Below, in pieces: positions 20,235-31,848 of a stretch of 64,000 bases of DNA. Within the stretch, counting starts at the first letter, position 1; every line of letters begins with the position of its first letter. The stretch comes from an uncultured Acidobacteriota bacterium (lineage in GTDB: Bacteria; Acidobacteriota; Vicinamibacteria; Vicinamibacterales; 2-12-FULL-66-21), in NCBI GenBank assembly GCA_963773005.1, contig CAVYZR010000008.1, forward strand, positions 3,607 through 67,606, written 5' to 3'. The notes beneath the pieces were generated by a model. That model had not been told where the DNA came from and searched no databases. It saw only the letters and a program-made list of their open reading frames with translations. Position numbers and translations under genes: made by a program.

Positions 20235-22072
20235 GACTGGCGGAACTTGCGACTCGTGACGATGCCCTTGCCTTCGTGACAGACGTGCAGCTGATTCGCC
20301 GGCACGTTCCTGATCGTCTCGGTCACACCCGAAGGCCACGCGAACTCGATGGTGTCGATTTTGGTCAGGCTGCCCAGCCCGAAATGGAGCCGGAAGTCGT
20401 TCTGCGAGTAGTAGCTCGATCCGCTCGTCACCTCGTCGATCTGCGCGCGCCCTCCCGCGGTGACTTTCACGCGCGTGCCGATTGCCGAACGATTCGAGCG
20501 GGTGCCGATGCACTTGATCATGATCGAGTTGTTCCTGTTGCCGCCATCGTTCCGGAGCAACGTCGGCGGACCGTCCAGGTTGTTGACGAGAACGTCAAGG
20601 TCGCCATCGTTGTCGAAGTCTCCGAAGGCACAGCCGCGCCCGAGATTCTCCGCCGCGATTGCCGGTCCCGCCTGCGCCGAGACGTCCTCGAAGCGGCTGG
20701 TCCCGAGGTTGCGGTAGAGCAGCCTCGGCTGGCGATAGCTGAGGTGTAGCTTCCGGTTCTCAATCTGCGAGTAGACATGGCCGTTGGCGATGAAGATGTC
20801 GGTCCAGCCGTCGTTGTCGAAGTCGAAGAAATCGACACCGAAACCGACGTATTTCCGGTTCACGCCCAGGCCGGCCCGAATGCTGGCGTCCTCGAATCCG
20901 CCGCCGTAGTTTCGGTAGAGAATCGTCAACTGCTCGGAGAAGTTGGTCCGGACGATGTCGAGCCAGCCGTCGGCGTCGTAGTCGCCGACGGCCACGCCCA
21001 TGCCGGCGAGGGCGACGCCGTGTTCGTCGAACGCCGAACCCGATGGCACGCCGATCTCACGGAACGTGCCGTCATGGTTGTTGCGATAGAGGAGGCTGGG
21101 TGCGGTATCGGACGCGACGTAGATATCGGGCCAGCCGTCGTTGTCGAAATCTGCCGCCGTCGCGCCCATGCCGTACGCGCCGGCCGGTCGCCAGTCGCTC
21201 TTGACGAAGACCATCGCCGAAGGGCCGCGCGGCCGGGCTATGCCCGACGGCTCGGACACATCGGCAAACGTGCCGTCGCCGCGATTGCGGTACAGGATGT
21301 TCGTTCCGCCGGCAAACCCGAGCGGACCGCAGGGCACCGGAATGTCGTTGTAGCGGCAGTAGGCCGAATCCCCTGGTAGCGGCGCGCTGGCCGGATCGAA
21401 GTTCAGGTAATTGGCGACAAACAGGTCGAGCTTTCCGTCGCGGTCGTAGTCGAGGAAACAGCAGCCGGCGCCCCAGCGGCTTCCCGTGCCCGCGACTCCG
21501 GCTTTTGCGGACACATCGGTGAACGTGCCGTCGCCGTTGTTGTGGTAGAGCACGTTCTGTCCCCAATAGCTGACGAACAGATCGTCGAAGCCATCGTTAT
21601 CATAGTCGCCGACGCAGCATCCCTGGCCCCATCCGGATTGGGTCAGCCCGGCTCTTTTCGTGACGTCGGTAAACGTGCCATCACGATTGTTGTGAAAGAG
21701 GTAGCTCGTGGGCCTGGCGTCGCGCACCGCGGGATCGAAGCTCGTGCCGTTCACGAGGAAGATGTCCAGCCATCCGTCGTTGTCGTAGTCGAAGAACGCG
21801 GCGCCGCCGCCCATTTCCTCGACGAGAAACCGCTTGTCCTGCTTGCCGCCGGAGATGTTCACCGCCCGCGCGAGGCCCGCCGGCGCAGTGACGTCGGTGA
21901 ACGTCACCGGCCCTCGCGGGCGGCGCTCGCCCTGCGTCAGCCGCTCGGACCACCCGGAAACATGGCGTGGAGAAACGAGAAGCGTCGGGCAAGCGCCGAG
22001 GCAACCTGCCATGAAGCTCAAGAACCGCCGGCGCGACGGGACCTGCCTGTCACCTCGGTGCATGGCAGACAT
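20231..22072 (-). CDS. CRTAC1-family protein (FG-GAP/VCBS plus ASPIC/UnbV), copy 1
   Basis: Twin-arginine-like N-terminus (SRRRFLSFMAG), FG-GAP repeats, and a C-terminal SNRSAIGTRVKV...YYSQNDFRLHFGLG. Confidence 0.9.
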   Translation of the reverse strand: MSAMHRGDRQVPSRRRFLSFMAGCLGACPTLLVSPRHVSGWSERLTQGERRPRGPVTFTDVTAPAGLARAVNISGGKQDKRFLVEEMGGGAAFFDYDNDGWLDIFLVNGTSFDPAVRDARPTSYLFHNNRDGTFTDVTKRAGLTQSGWGQGCCVGDYDNDGFDDLFVSYWGQNVLYHNNGDGTFTDVSAKAGVAGTGSRWGAGCCFLDYDRDGKLDLFVANYLNFDPASAPLPGDSAYCRYNDIPVPCGPLGFAGGTNILYRNRGDGTFADVSEPSGIARPRGPSAMVFVKSDWRPAGAYGMGATAADFDNDGWPDIYVASDTAPSLLYRNNHDGTFREIGVPSGSAFDEHGVALAGMGVAVGDYDADGWLDIVRTNFSEQLTILYRNYGGGFEDASIRAGLGVNRKYVGFGVDFFDFDNDGWTDIFIANGHVYSQIENRKLHLSYRQPRLLYRNLGTSRFEDVSAQAGPAIAAENLGRGCAFGDFDNDGDLDVLVNNLDGPPTLLRNDGGNRNNSIMIKCIGTRSNRSAIGTRVKVTAGGRAQIDEVTSGSSYYSQNDFRLHFGLGSLTKIDTIEFAWPSGVTETIRNVPANQLHVCHEGKGIVTSRKFRQS

Positions 22073-22078
22073 GGCAAC

Positions 22079-25000
22079 TCATGGCAACCGGTCGCGGATG
22101 GTTGCGGCGCGCCGCTTTTCCTCGAGCTCGCTGGCTTCGCGCTCGAGGCGCCTGAACGTCTCCAGCGCCTTCTGGTTCTCGTCCATCAGCCCCAGCCGCC
22201 TGTAGACTCCTGCGAGGACATAGTAATAGGACGATGAGCGCGGGTTCGATGAAATCGCCCGGTTCAGCGCCTCGACCGCCTCTTGCAGCTTGACCTTGAC
22301 GTTCGTAGGCTCTCCCTTTCTGAAACCACGCTCGATCGGCGCGTGCGTCGAGCTCGAGGGCCTGGTCGGCATACTCGAGGGCTTTCGCAGCATCGCCGGT
22401 GCGGTTGTAGTAGGCGCTCATGTTCACCAGCGGCGAGGCAAACGTGCCCTTCCTTTCGTTGTTGAGGGCGATCGCTTTCTGGTAGGCCTCGAGTGCGCCC
22501 GCGTCGTCGCCGAGCGCCTCGAGCGCGAAGCCGAGCGCGTCGATCGCCTCGAGGTACGCCGGGTCGATGCGAAGCGCGGCTTCGAACTGCTTCCGCGCCG
22601 GTTCCCAGTTGTCCTGAATCGAGAAGAGCTTTCCGAGGTTGTACGCGCTTTCGGCGGAATCCGGCTTGTAGCGGAGCGCCTGTTCGAACTCGACCTGCGC
22701 GGCGTCGAACCGGCCGATGATCATCAGGTTGCGCCCGAGGATCTTGTGAGCTTCGGCGTTGGTGACGTCGAGCTCGAGGGATTTCGCCAGCGACGCAATC
22801 GAGTCGCCGATCTTCTGCTGCGCGAACTGGCTGTAGCCGAGCGCGTACCAGCCCCACGACGAGCGCGGATGTTCCTTCACGTACTCGGCGAGCCGCGGCT
22901 CGACCTCCTTGTACTTCGCCTGACGGATTTCGCCTTCGAGGTCGACCACGAGCGATGGCTCGTCCACGGAAGTCGCGGTGGCGCCCGAGGGTGAGGGTGA
23001 GGAACGCCCTGTCGCGGCAAGCCGCTCGACTCCTGCTTTCGCAGACAGATCGGCGGGATTCAGTTCGACGGCCTTGCGGTAGGCGGCCAGTGCGCCCTGG
23101 GTGTCGCCCTGCTTCTCCAGGACCATCGCCAGGTGTCGCTGTGGTTCGCCCGATTCGGGCACGAGCTTGATGGCATGCTGGAACCTGGATGCGGCGAGCG
23201 GCAGGTCACCGTTCTCGAACGCGGCCCGCCCTTCAGCCACATCGAGGTTCGCATTCTGGGTGCGATCGTCGGCGGCCACCAGATTGCGGCCGGTGCGGAG
23301 CGCTGTCGCGGCTTCGTCCTTTCGCCCTGCACGAGCCAGCGCCAGGCCGAGCTGATAATGCGCGTCGCCGCGTTTCGGCTCGAGCCGCGCCGCCTCGGTG
23401 AGCTCGTCAATCGCCTCGGGGACCTGGCCCGCCTGCAGCAGCGCTTTGCCGAGCGCGAGGTGTCCGCGCCCAAACGTCGGCGCGATAGCGATCACCTTGC
23501 GCAGTTGCTCGATTTCCTTTGCGGCGACCGCTCTTCGGGCTGGCGCCGTAGGCCACGGCCAGGTTGAACTGCGCTTTCACCGAGCCGGGCGCCAGCGCGA
23601 CCGCCTGTTCCAGCTCGCGAATGGCGGCATCGGCGTCGATCGGCGTGAGCGCGGCACCGAGGTTGGCCCGGGCCTCCGCATACTGCGGGCTGAGCCTCAC
23701 CGCTTCGCGCAGCGCGGCGATCCCCGCTTCGTCCTGACCTGACTGGATCAGCACCAGCCCGAGATTGTTGTGGGCTTCCGCGTAGTCCGGACGCAGTCGA
23801 ATGGCTTCGCGGAACCGTGCCGCCACTTCGTTGCTCGCCGCCCCGTCCCGTCCGAGCAGGAGGCCGAGCACGTTGTGCGCGTCTGCCCGGTCGGGTGTCG
23901 TCACAAGCGCCTGGTTCAGGCCAGTGATGGCGTCGCGCCAGTCCGGTGTCGGCGGCGAGGGGAACGGCACGTTCAAGCCGGCTTCGAACTGCCCGAGAGC
24001 CTCGTCCAGTTTCGCCGTCCGCAGGTATGTAATCCCGAGGTCGATGAACGCGCCGGCGCTCGTCGGCATCAGGGCAATCGCGCGCTGCAGGCTGGCGCGT
24101 GATCCCGCCAGATCGCCGTCGTCGCGCAGGGCATTGCCGAGGAACGCGTGTGCGGCACCCGCCGCCGGATCGCGCTCGAGGCTCTGGCCGAGCTCGGTCA
24201 GGGCGCGCTTCCGGTCGCCGCTGTACCACAGCGCAACACCGAGGTTGTAGTGCGCCTCCGCAGACCCGGGATCGAGTGCAATCGCGCGCTCGAGATGAGC
24301 GATCGCCGAGCGCAGGTCTCCCTGCTGGCCGAGCGTGAATCCCAGCAACGTGTGCGCGCCGGCGTGCTTCTCATCACGCTTCAGCGCGCTGCCCAGGAGC
24401 TCGCGAGCGGCGTCGAGGTCACCCTGCGCGGCAGCAGCCTGTCCCCGCTTGTACAGGTCGTCGGCCGCGCTCGGCGCCGCGGCAGGTGGCTTTCGCAACG
24501 TCGCGGCGCGCTGTTTCAAGGTCGTTCCGAGCGCGTAATAACCCTCGCGCAACTCTGGATTGATTTCGAGGGCTCTCTCGAACGCGGCCGCGGCGCCGGC
24601 AAGATCTCCAGCCTGCCGGAGTGTCTGCCCGAGCTCGTAGTGGACACCGGCATTGTCGCGATCTTCCGCGGCGGCTTTCCTGAGATGTTCGAGCGCTCCC
24701 GGGAGATCGCCCTTCTCCCGCAACGCCATGCCCAGATTGAGGTGCGCGGCGACATTGTTCGGTTCGAGGGTCAGCGCGGCTTCAAAGACCTTTGCGGCTT
24801 CCGCGAACTCGCCGCTCTGAACCAGGGCGGATCCGAGATTCGAGTAGGCGCGCCCGTACTGCGGATCGAGGGCGACCGCTTTGCGGAACGCCGCCACCGC
24901 AGCCGCGACATCCTCCTTTGCCGCGAGCGCAACACCAAGCCAGTTGTGCGCCTCGGCCGACTCGGGCGCGGCCTTGACGGCGCGCTGAAATGTTTCGAGC

Positions 25001-25221
25001 GCACGCACATCGTCATTTCGATCCAGGTAGGCGATGCCGAGGATGACGAGCAGGCGGGAATCGCCGGGATGGCGTTCAACGGCCGTCTCGAGATCGCTCA
25101 GTGACGGCTGAGGCTCGGCGCGCGGCTGCGCTTGCGGCTCGTGAGCCGTGGCATGGGTTGCTGCGCCCATGCCAATAACGACGAGGGCGCCCACCAGGTA
25201 GCTGATGAACGCCCGTTTCAT
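22079..25221 (-). pseudogene. long TPR-repeat protein (about 1047 aa if repaired) with two apparent +1 frameshifts (near 23535 and near 22292)
   Basis: TPR repeats continue seamlessly across three frames (track ORFs 23407..25221, 22050..23495, 22079..22393). There is a signal peptide at the N-terminus. Length is 3n+2. Confidence 0.8.
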
Positions 25222-26363
25222 GGGTGCCGATCCACTATCTGGTCAGGATCCAGCAATCGCAGTTGCAGGCGTGAGCTGGTCTCCTGCTCCTTGCGCAGCC
25301 CTTTGGCGACCTCCAGCTGCTTTGCTGCTTCGTCCTTCCGTCCCATGCGAGTCAGCAGCAGCCCCAGCTGGTAATTCGCCTTCACGGATGCCGGGTCGAG
25401 GCGCACCGCCTTCCGCAGGTATCCTTCGGCGTCAGCGTAGCGATGCGCGCTCATCAGCAATCCGCCGAGTACTTCGCACGATGCGCCGTGGTCCGGATGA
25501 CTCTGGAGCAATGTCTCGAGCGCAGCGATGGCTTTCGGCTCGTCCCCCTGATCGCGGGCAACCAGGGCCAGGTAGTACTGCGACGCCACCTGCCCCGGCT
25601 GCAAGCGCAGGCTCGCCTGCAGATGCCGGGCGGCGTCTTCCAGGTGTCCTTGCACGTAGTGAACGGCGCCCAGCCCGTACTGCAACTGCGGATCGTCCGG
25701 CCGCTTCTCCACCAGGAGTTCCAGCAGGCGCTGCGCGGAATCGTACTGGTGTTTGCCAACCTTCGCAGCCGCCAGCGTGTACTGGTAAGCGGGGTCGTCC
25801 GGTCTCTGGCCGGCCGCCATGGTGAGCGCCGGCTCCGCGTCGTCGAGCAGATCCATTCTCAGGCACACTCGACCGAATCCCAGAAGGATCTCGGGATCCT
25901 CGGGTTGGAGCTTCTTCGCGCGGATCCAGTACGAGAGCGAACGCTCCAGTTCGCCGGAGCGCTCTGCGATCACTGCCGCCTGTTGCAGCGTGGGAATCGA
26001 ATCCGGTTGCAGCTTCAGCGCGGCATCGTAGGCCTCGAGCGCCAGCCCGGGTTCGTTGTTCAGCAGGTGAGCCGCCGCGAGGTTGAGGTGGGCGCCCACG
26101 AGGCGGGGGTTCAGTCGGATGGCTTCCCGGAGATAGCGGACAGCGTCGCGAGGTCGATTCTGCTGAAGGCGAATCGTGCCCAGAACCGAGTTGGCGGCCG
26201 CGCGCGTCTCGAGGTCGGCGAGCGCGACTTGCGCCTGTTGGTCTGCCTCGGCGAGCTTCCCCTGCTGGACCAGGGCTGCCGCCTTTTCGAGCGCGGCCAG
26301 CCCAGCGACGTTGCTCTGAGGTGGACCGAAGCCGAGGAGAAGGAGTGCCGACAATAACAGCAC
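25218..26363 (-). CDS. TPR-repeat protein
   Basis: TPR repeats throughout. The stop overlaps the next ATG (ATGA at 25218-25221). The start is uncertain: GTG at 26363, or track ORF start at 26447, which would overlap the TonB receptor 3' end. Confidence 0.8.
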   Translation of the reverse strand: MLLLSALLLLGFGPPQSNVAGLAALEKAAALVQQGKLAEADQQAQVALADLETRAAANSVLGTIRLQQNRPRDAVRYLREAIRLNPRLVGAHLNLAAAHLLNNEPGLALEAYDAALKLQPDSIPTLQQAAVIAERSGELERSLSYWIRAKKLQPEDPEILLGFGRVCLRMDLLDDAEPALTMAAGQRPDDPAYQYTLAAAKVGKHQYDSAQRLLELLVEKRPDDPQLQYGLGAVHYVQGHLEDAARHLQASLRLQPGQVASQYYLALVARDQGDEPKAIAALETLLQSHPDHGASCEVLGGLLMSAHRYADAEGYLRKAVRLDPASVKANYQLGLLLTRMGRKDEAAKQLEVAKGLRKEQETSSRLQLRLLDPDQIVDRHP

Positions 26364-26398
26364 GCGGTAGTGTAGCCCCCCTCTCCTGGCTTCTAGGT

Positions 26399-29300
26399 TC
26401 AGAACTCGAACCTGAATCCCAGCTGTGCCGACCGCGAGGTGTTGCACTGCGTGTTGACAGTGCCGAACGCCGGTGAGCTGAAGTTCTGGTTCGGGTCGCA
26501 GAAGACGACCCGGTCGAAGATGTTGCCGATCTGGGCCTCGAACCGGAATTCCTTCTGACCGCCGAACTGAAACGTCTTGAAGAAGTTGATGTCCTCGCTG
26601 TAGTTCGGGAAGCCGCGGACCGTGCCATCACGTTTCGGCGCGTTCCCGAAGTTCAGTGGCCCGGGATTCACCCAGGCGGCACGGTTGAAATAGTTGTCGG
26701 TGAACGGATCGAAGTCCCCGTTATCGGCAACGCCGTCGACGCCGGACACACGATTGGGCCGTTTCTGGCCGTTGAAGATCAGGCCGCCGAGATCGTTGTC
26801 CATGGTGATGTTCAGCGGGCGTCCGCTCTCGTACCTGAGGATGCCGCTGACATTCCAGCCGGCGAGGAGTGCCTTCGACCACCTGACGTAAATCGCTGCG
26901 ATCCGGGGATCTCCCAGGTGAACCCGGCGAGGAACACGTGTGGCGTGTCGTCGGCGCTCAAGCCCCACTCGAGGGGATTCGCAGGATTTTGCACGCCGCC
27001 GTTGACGCCGTTGTCCCCCTGGGCGCTTTCCGCGCCGTTGTTGTTCAACTGTGAATAGGTGTAGCCGAACCGGGCCTGGAGCCCACGATAGAAGCGCCGC
27101 TCGAGCACGAGCTCCAACGCATGGTATTGACTCTCGCCGGTCGGGACGCCGCGCCACACGATGTTCCTGTATTGCGGGTATTTGCGCAGCGCCTGCGCCA
27201 CGTTGCCGTTGAAGCCTGGATACGGCGACCGGATGCCGGCCGCCTGCGCCAGCGGCGAATTGATGTTCGACTGCAGGACCGGCGTGCCAAGCGCCAGCAC
27301 GCTCGGGTCATTCATGTTCGCGTCCACACCGAGCGTCTGCCAGTGATGGTTCAGGCGTGTGCCGCGGTTCCCGATATACGAGACGTCGAGCATCATGTTG
27401 GACGTGAGCTGCTGCTGGTAGGTCACGGACCAGTTCTGGAAGCGCGGCAGCGTCATCCCATCGCGCGCGACCGCGATGATGTCGGCGTTGTTCTGCAGGC
27501 TCGGGTTGATGAACGGCGGAGTGAAGATGAGGTTCTGCGGGAAGCCCTGGTCGAGATGGAAGGCTGGCGCGATCCCGTTGGTGTTGTTGGGTGCCAGCAG
27601 GTTCGCCTGGAAGCCGGTGGTTGGCTGACCGACGAACTGATCGAAGGCGACGTGCGCGTAGTAGATGCCGTAGCCGCCGCGCAGTGCATCCTTGTCGCCG
27701 ACGCGATAGGCAAAGCCCAGTCGCGGACCCCACGCGTCCCTGGGGTTGTCCTCGAACTTCCGCGTGCCCGCCCGCCCGGGACCTGACCCGGCAAAAATCA
27801 GGGCGCCCGGAATGTTACCGGCGCCAGGGTTCGGCGTGTTCGGATCGAACGTCGAGTACTGATCCATGGATCTCGGTGCGCGCCGACTGATAGTCGAAGC
27901 GGAGGCCGAGCGTCAGCGTCAGCTTGTCCGATACCTTGAACTCGTCATTCACCCAGATGCCGGTGTAGGTCTCGCGGAACGTGGGCTGCGACGGGGAGGG
28001 TCTGGTTCGCGTCCTGGACCTGACCGAGCAGGAAGGATGCAAACGGATCGCCGGTCTGGCCGAGGTTGTTGCCGCTCACGTCGAACCCGGCGGTTCCCAG
28101 ACGATTGAAATTGAACTGGCCGGCAGTCGATCCAGCCGCCCAGCCGCGGAACGGGAAATCGTGGTGGCGGAACTCGAAGCCGGTTTTCAGGCTGTGCCGC
28201 CCCTTCACCCAGGTGATGTCATTCGAGAACTGCCAGCGATTGTTCACGAGGAACCCGAATGCCGGCCAGCCATTCGCGCCGATCGAGTTGTACGGAATGT
28301 TGCCGCCGAAGGTCATCCACGGTGGGCCCGCATCGGTGTTGACGATGCCGCCGTTGCTCGCCCCCCAGAGCCGCTGCGGCCAGTCGGCGCCGGCCGACAG
28401 GTGATTCCCGCCCATGAACCAGCGGTCGTAGGCGATGGTCGAGTGCATCAGCAGGTTGTCGCGAATGATCCAGTCGAACTGCTGGTGCGCGTGCTGCGTG
28501 GAGATGCGCTGGAAGAACCCGTCACCGTAGTAGTCGGTGTTCAGCGCCGACTGCGTTTCGGGATCGTTCGGGACGTTGCACCCGTCGACCTCGCCGCAGT
28601 TTCGTACCGACGGCCGCCGGTTCCAGTAGAAACTGAAACTGGATCGGAAGTTCGAATTGAAGTTCTGGTCGATCCTGAACATGATGTTGCGCGCGTCGAT
28701 CTCCCACGTCTGATCGCCGGCAGGATTGCCGGCAACGTTGTTCGAGATGGTGTCGCGGTCGGGCGACACCATGAGCGGTACGATCCGGGCGGCCACCTGG
28801 CTGCGCAGCGGGTCGTCGGCAGGAATGAAGTTATTGGGATACGGATCGCGGACCGGAATGCCATTGACCAGCCGTGTCGTGGCGGGGTTGAAGATCTGGC
28901 CCTGGAAAATCGGCCGGCCGAGCGCGTCGGTCGCGATCTGCGCGCCGGTCAGCAGCCGGCTGAAGTCACCATTCTTGAACGCGTCGATCGGCGTCGTGTT
29001 GCCGAATCCTGAGAGCGTGCCCGAGCGAATGCGCGTGTAGTCGAAATTGGTGAAGAAGAACGTCTTGTTGTGGCCGTTGTAGCCGGGCAGGACGACCGGG
29101 CCGCCGAAGGTGGCGCCGAAGTTGTCGTTGCGGATCGGCGTCTTCTCGAGTCCCGCCTGCTTGGAGAAAATGCCGGTCTTGTTCAGGGCGTCGTCGGCCA
29201 TGTACTCGTAGGCGCTGCCGCGGAAGTTATTCGTCCCCGACTTGCTCGTGTACTCGATGAACCCGCCGCTGGTGTGGCCGTACTGCGCGGAATACGACGT

Positions 29301-30005
29301 CGAGATCACTTTCACTTCCTGGACCGCCTCGACGGGCATCGTGCTCTCGTGACTCTGCTGGTGGCCGACCGCATAGCCGAACGCCGCGCCGTCGAAGAAA
29401 TTCTCGGTGGCCATCGTCTGGCCGCCATTGATCCGTGAGTTGAACTGGCTGCCGCGGAACATCGGGTCGCCGTTGGGCCGCATCGGCAGGTAGCCGGGCT
29501 GCATCTGCAGCACCGATTCGGCGAGCCGGACGTCGGCGCCGGTGATGATCGGCAGCTCGCGGTAGTACTTCTCGTTGACCGTATGGCTCACGTCCGGCGT
29601 CGTGACATCCAGGCCGGACCGGCCGGTGACCTCGACGGTGTCCGTCAACGCACCAACCTGCATCGTGACGTCATGGCGGACCTGAACACCGCCCTCGAGA
29701 TCGATGGGCTGGCTGACCGCTTTCTTGAACCCGGAAAGATCGACGTTGACCGTGTAGCGTCCGAGCACCAGCGGTGGCGTCGTATAGACGCCGGACGCAT
29801 TGGTGACGAGGGTCGTCTCGACGCCCGTGCCCTCGTTGCGGATCGTGACTGACGCACCCGGCAGCGCGGCATGCTGCTCGTCGGTCACGACGCCGCTGAT
29901 GATGGCGCGATCGGAACGTTGCGCGAGGAGGGGACTGGCGAGGAAGACGGTCAGACAGAACGTCGCGGCCAACACACGAAAAGCCGCGAGGCAGGTCCTT
30001 GACAT
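26399..30005 (-). pseudogene. TonB-dependent receptor with N-terminal carboxypeptidase-regulatory-like domain, broken by three frame changes (near 27992, 27870 and 26900)
   Basis: GGGAGG lies upstream of the ATG at 30005. Signal peptide, then ISGVVTDEQHAALPGASVTIRNEGTG. The barrel continues through four frames and ends in LGFRFEF with a terminal Phe. Length is 3n+1, consistent with +1, +1, -1. Confidence 0.85.
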
Positions 30006-30213
30006 AGGTGACCTCCCTGAATCCGGCCTGAATCCGGCAGACCGCCCTTTTGGTTCAGGCGCGTCGGATTGGCGGGAAACTAACGCGATCACATTAGGCC
30101 TGTCAAGCCGATTGTCGATCTAACTTACTGATCAGCTTGATGTTACGGCTGAGGTCGGCGCCGCGCTGCGTGGCCCTGGCTTGCGGATCCGGGATGAGAT
30201 AGTTGCGTTCGCC

Positions 30214-31485
30214 CTATTCGGGTTTTCTGAACGCAATCTTGCCGTCGTTGACGATCATCCTGACGTCTCGCAAAGCATCGAGAGCGATCAAAGGATTCGC
30301 CGCAAGGACGACGAAGTCCGCTTCCAATCCGATCTTGATAGCACCGGTGCGGTGCTGAATTCCGAGCAGCGTCGCCGAGCCGGAGGTCATGATTTGCAGC
30401 ACTCTGGCGGCCGGCACCCCGGCGTGCCGAAGAGCGAGTGCCTCGTCGGCCATTGAGAGATCCGGCGTGTCGTAGCGCAGGTCGGTCCCGGCGGCCAGCG
30501 GAACGCCGCGGGCCTCCGCGAGCGCCGTGAGCCGTGTGCGAAGCGGCAGGCCGACCCGCCGGCGCTCCGCGAGGATGGGATTGTCCCGATCCGCGGGACG
30601 CGTGGGCGGCTGACGCTCGAAGCTGAAGGTCGGCACGTAAAACGTGCCTTTCTGCTGCATCAAGGTCAGGGTCTCGTCGCTCATGAACGTCCCGTGCTCG
30701 ACGGAGTGCACGCCCGCCTTTACAGCCGCAAGCGCTCCCTCGTCGCCGTGCGCATGTGCGGCGACTCGGAGGCCCGCCTGTCGCGCTTCGTCGACGAGCG
30801 CCGCAATCTCGTCGTCGGAGAATGTCTGCTTTCGCGGGTCGGTCTCTGGTGTTCCGGCCCGTTCCGTGGCCAGGAACTTGATGTGGTCGACACCACGCGA
30901 CACCAGCGCCCGCACGACCCTGCGGACGTTGTCGGCACCGCTCACTCTGCCCTTGAGATCTGCGAGCTGAGGAAAGTCCTCGAAGAAGGCCGGAGACATG
31001 TCAGGGCGGATCTGGTACCCCGCGGCCACGACATCGGGCAGGTCTTCGCGGCCCTGGCGGTGTGCGTCCCTGATCCGCACGTCGACGAAGCGATCGCACT
31101 GCATCGTCCGGACGGTCGTGGCGCCGTAGCGGAGCGCCATGCGAGCCGTTTCCATGTTTGCGAAGTGCACGTGCGCATCGACATAGCCCGGCATCACCCA
31201 CTTGCCATGCATGTCGAACGTCGCGGCGGTGCCAGGAAGATCCCCGGTGGGCTTGCCGAGGCTCGAAATCTTCCGGTTCGTCACGACTACCGTCGTGTCG
31301 AGAGAGGGGCTGTTCGAAAGGCCATCGATGACGTTGACGTGCTCGAACACGATCGTTGCGGCCTGCGATTGAGACTGCCCGCCGGCCGGTCGCAGCGCAC
31401 CCAGCAAGATCACGGCAGTCACGACAGTCCAGCGCAGTTTTCTGACAATGGTCATGGGGTCGCTCGACGCCCGGGTCGAAGTCAT
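30214..31485 (-). CDS. amidohydrolase-family metallohydrolase (secreted)
   Basis: PGYVDAHVHF (HxH), AAHAHG, and VEHG metal ligands. GAGG lies upstream of the ATG at 31485. Signal-like segment present. Confidence 0.85.
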   Translation of the reverse strand: MTSTRASSDPMTIVRKLRWTVVTAVILLGALRPAGGQSQSQAATIVFEHVNVIDGLSNSPSLDTTVVVTNRKISSLGKPTGDLPGTAATFDMHGKWVMPGYVDAHVHFANMETARMALRYGATTVRTMQCDRFVDVRIRDAHRQGREDLPDVVAAGYQIRPDMSPAFFEDFPQLADLKGRVSGADNVRRVVRALVSRGVDHIKFLATERAGTPETDPRKQTFSDDEIAALVDEARQAGLRVAAHAHGDEGALAAVKAGVHSVEHGTFMSDETLTLMQQKGTFYVPTFSFERQPPTRPADRDNPILAERRRVGLPLRTRLTALAEARGVPLAAGTDLRYDTPDLSMADEALALRHAGVPAARVLQIMTSGSATLLGIQHRTGAIKIGLEADFVVLAANPLIALDALRDVRMIVNDGKIAFRKPE

Positions 31486-31848
31486 AGTGCGCCTCGGTAG
31501 TATACGGATCGAGAACCTCTCTCATAAACCTGATCGGTGTTGTCCGCGTGATCCGTGGCACTAGACTGCGGCAGTCCAGCGCGAGGCTTCGCCGGCAACT
31601 CAGAACCGGGCGCATCGCCACGAGGCCGGCGAACGTATCTCGTTCGCGGCTTTCGACGATCGCCTCGCCACCGCCGCGCATGCTGAAGGATTGACGCTCG
31701 TCTCTTTTTCCTAGTCCTGGTACCGCCCGGCTTGCGCGCACCCGCTTGATTCAACACGTCGGCGTAGGTTGCTATGTGACCTGCGGGACGACTAATCTCT
31801 CCTACCCGGCGCGCCAATCCCTGCCAATCCGGGCGAACGTCAGGTCCC

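Noticed and set aside
31486-31848. A 360-nt gene-free gap between the amidohydrolase and ligase genes, inspected for an ncRNA or small gene.
   Set aside because: I could not identify a recognisable RNA family signature, strong hairpin or credible ORF. It is left unannotated pending a covariance-model scan.
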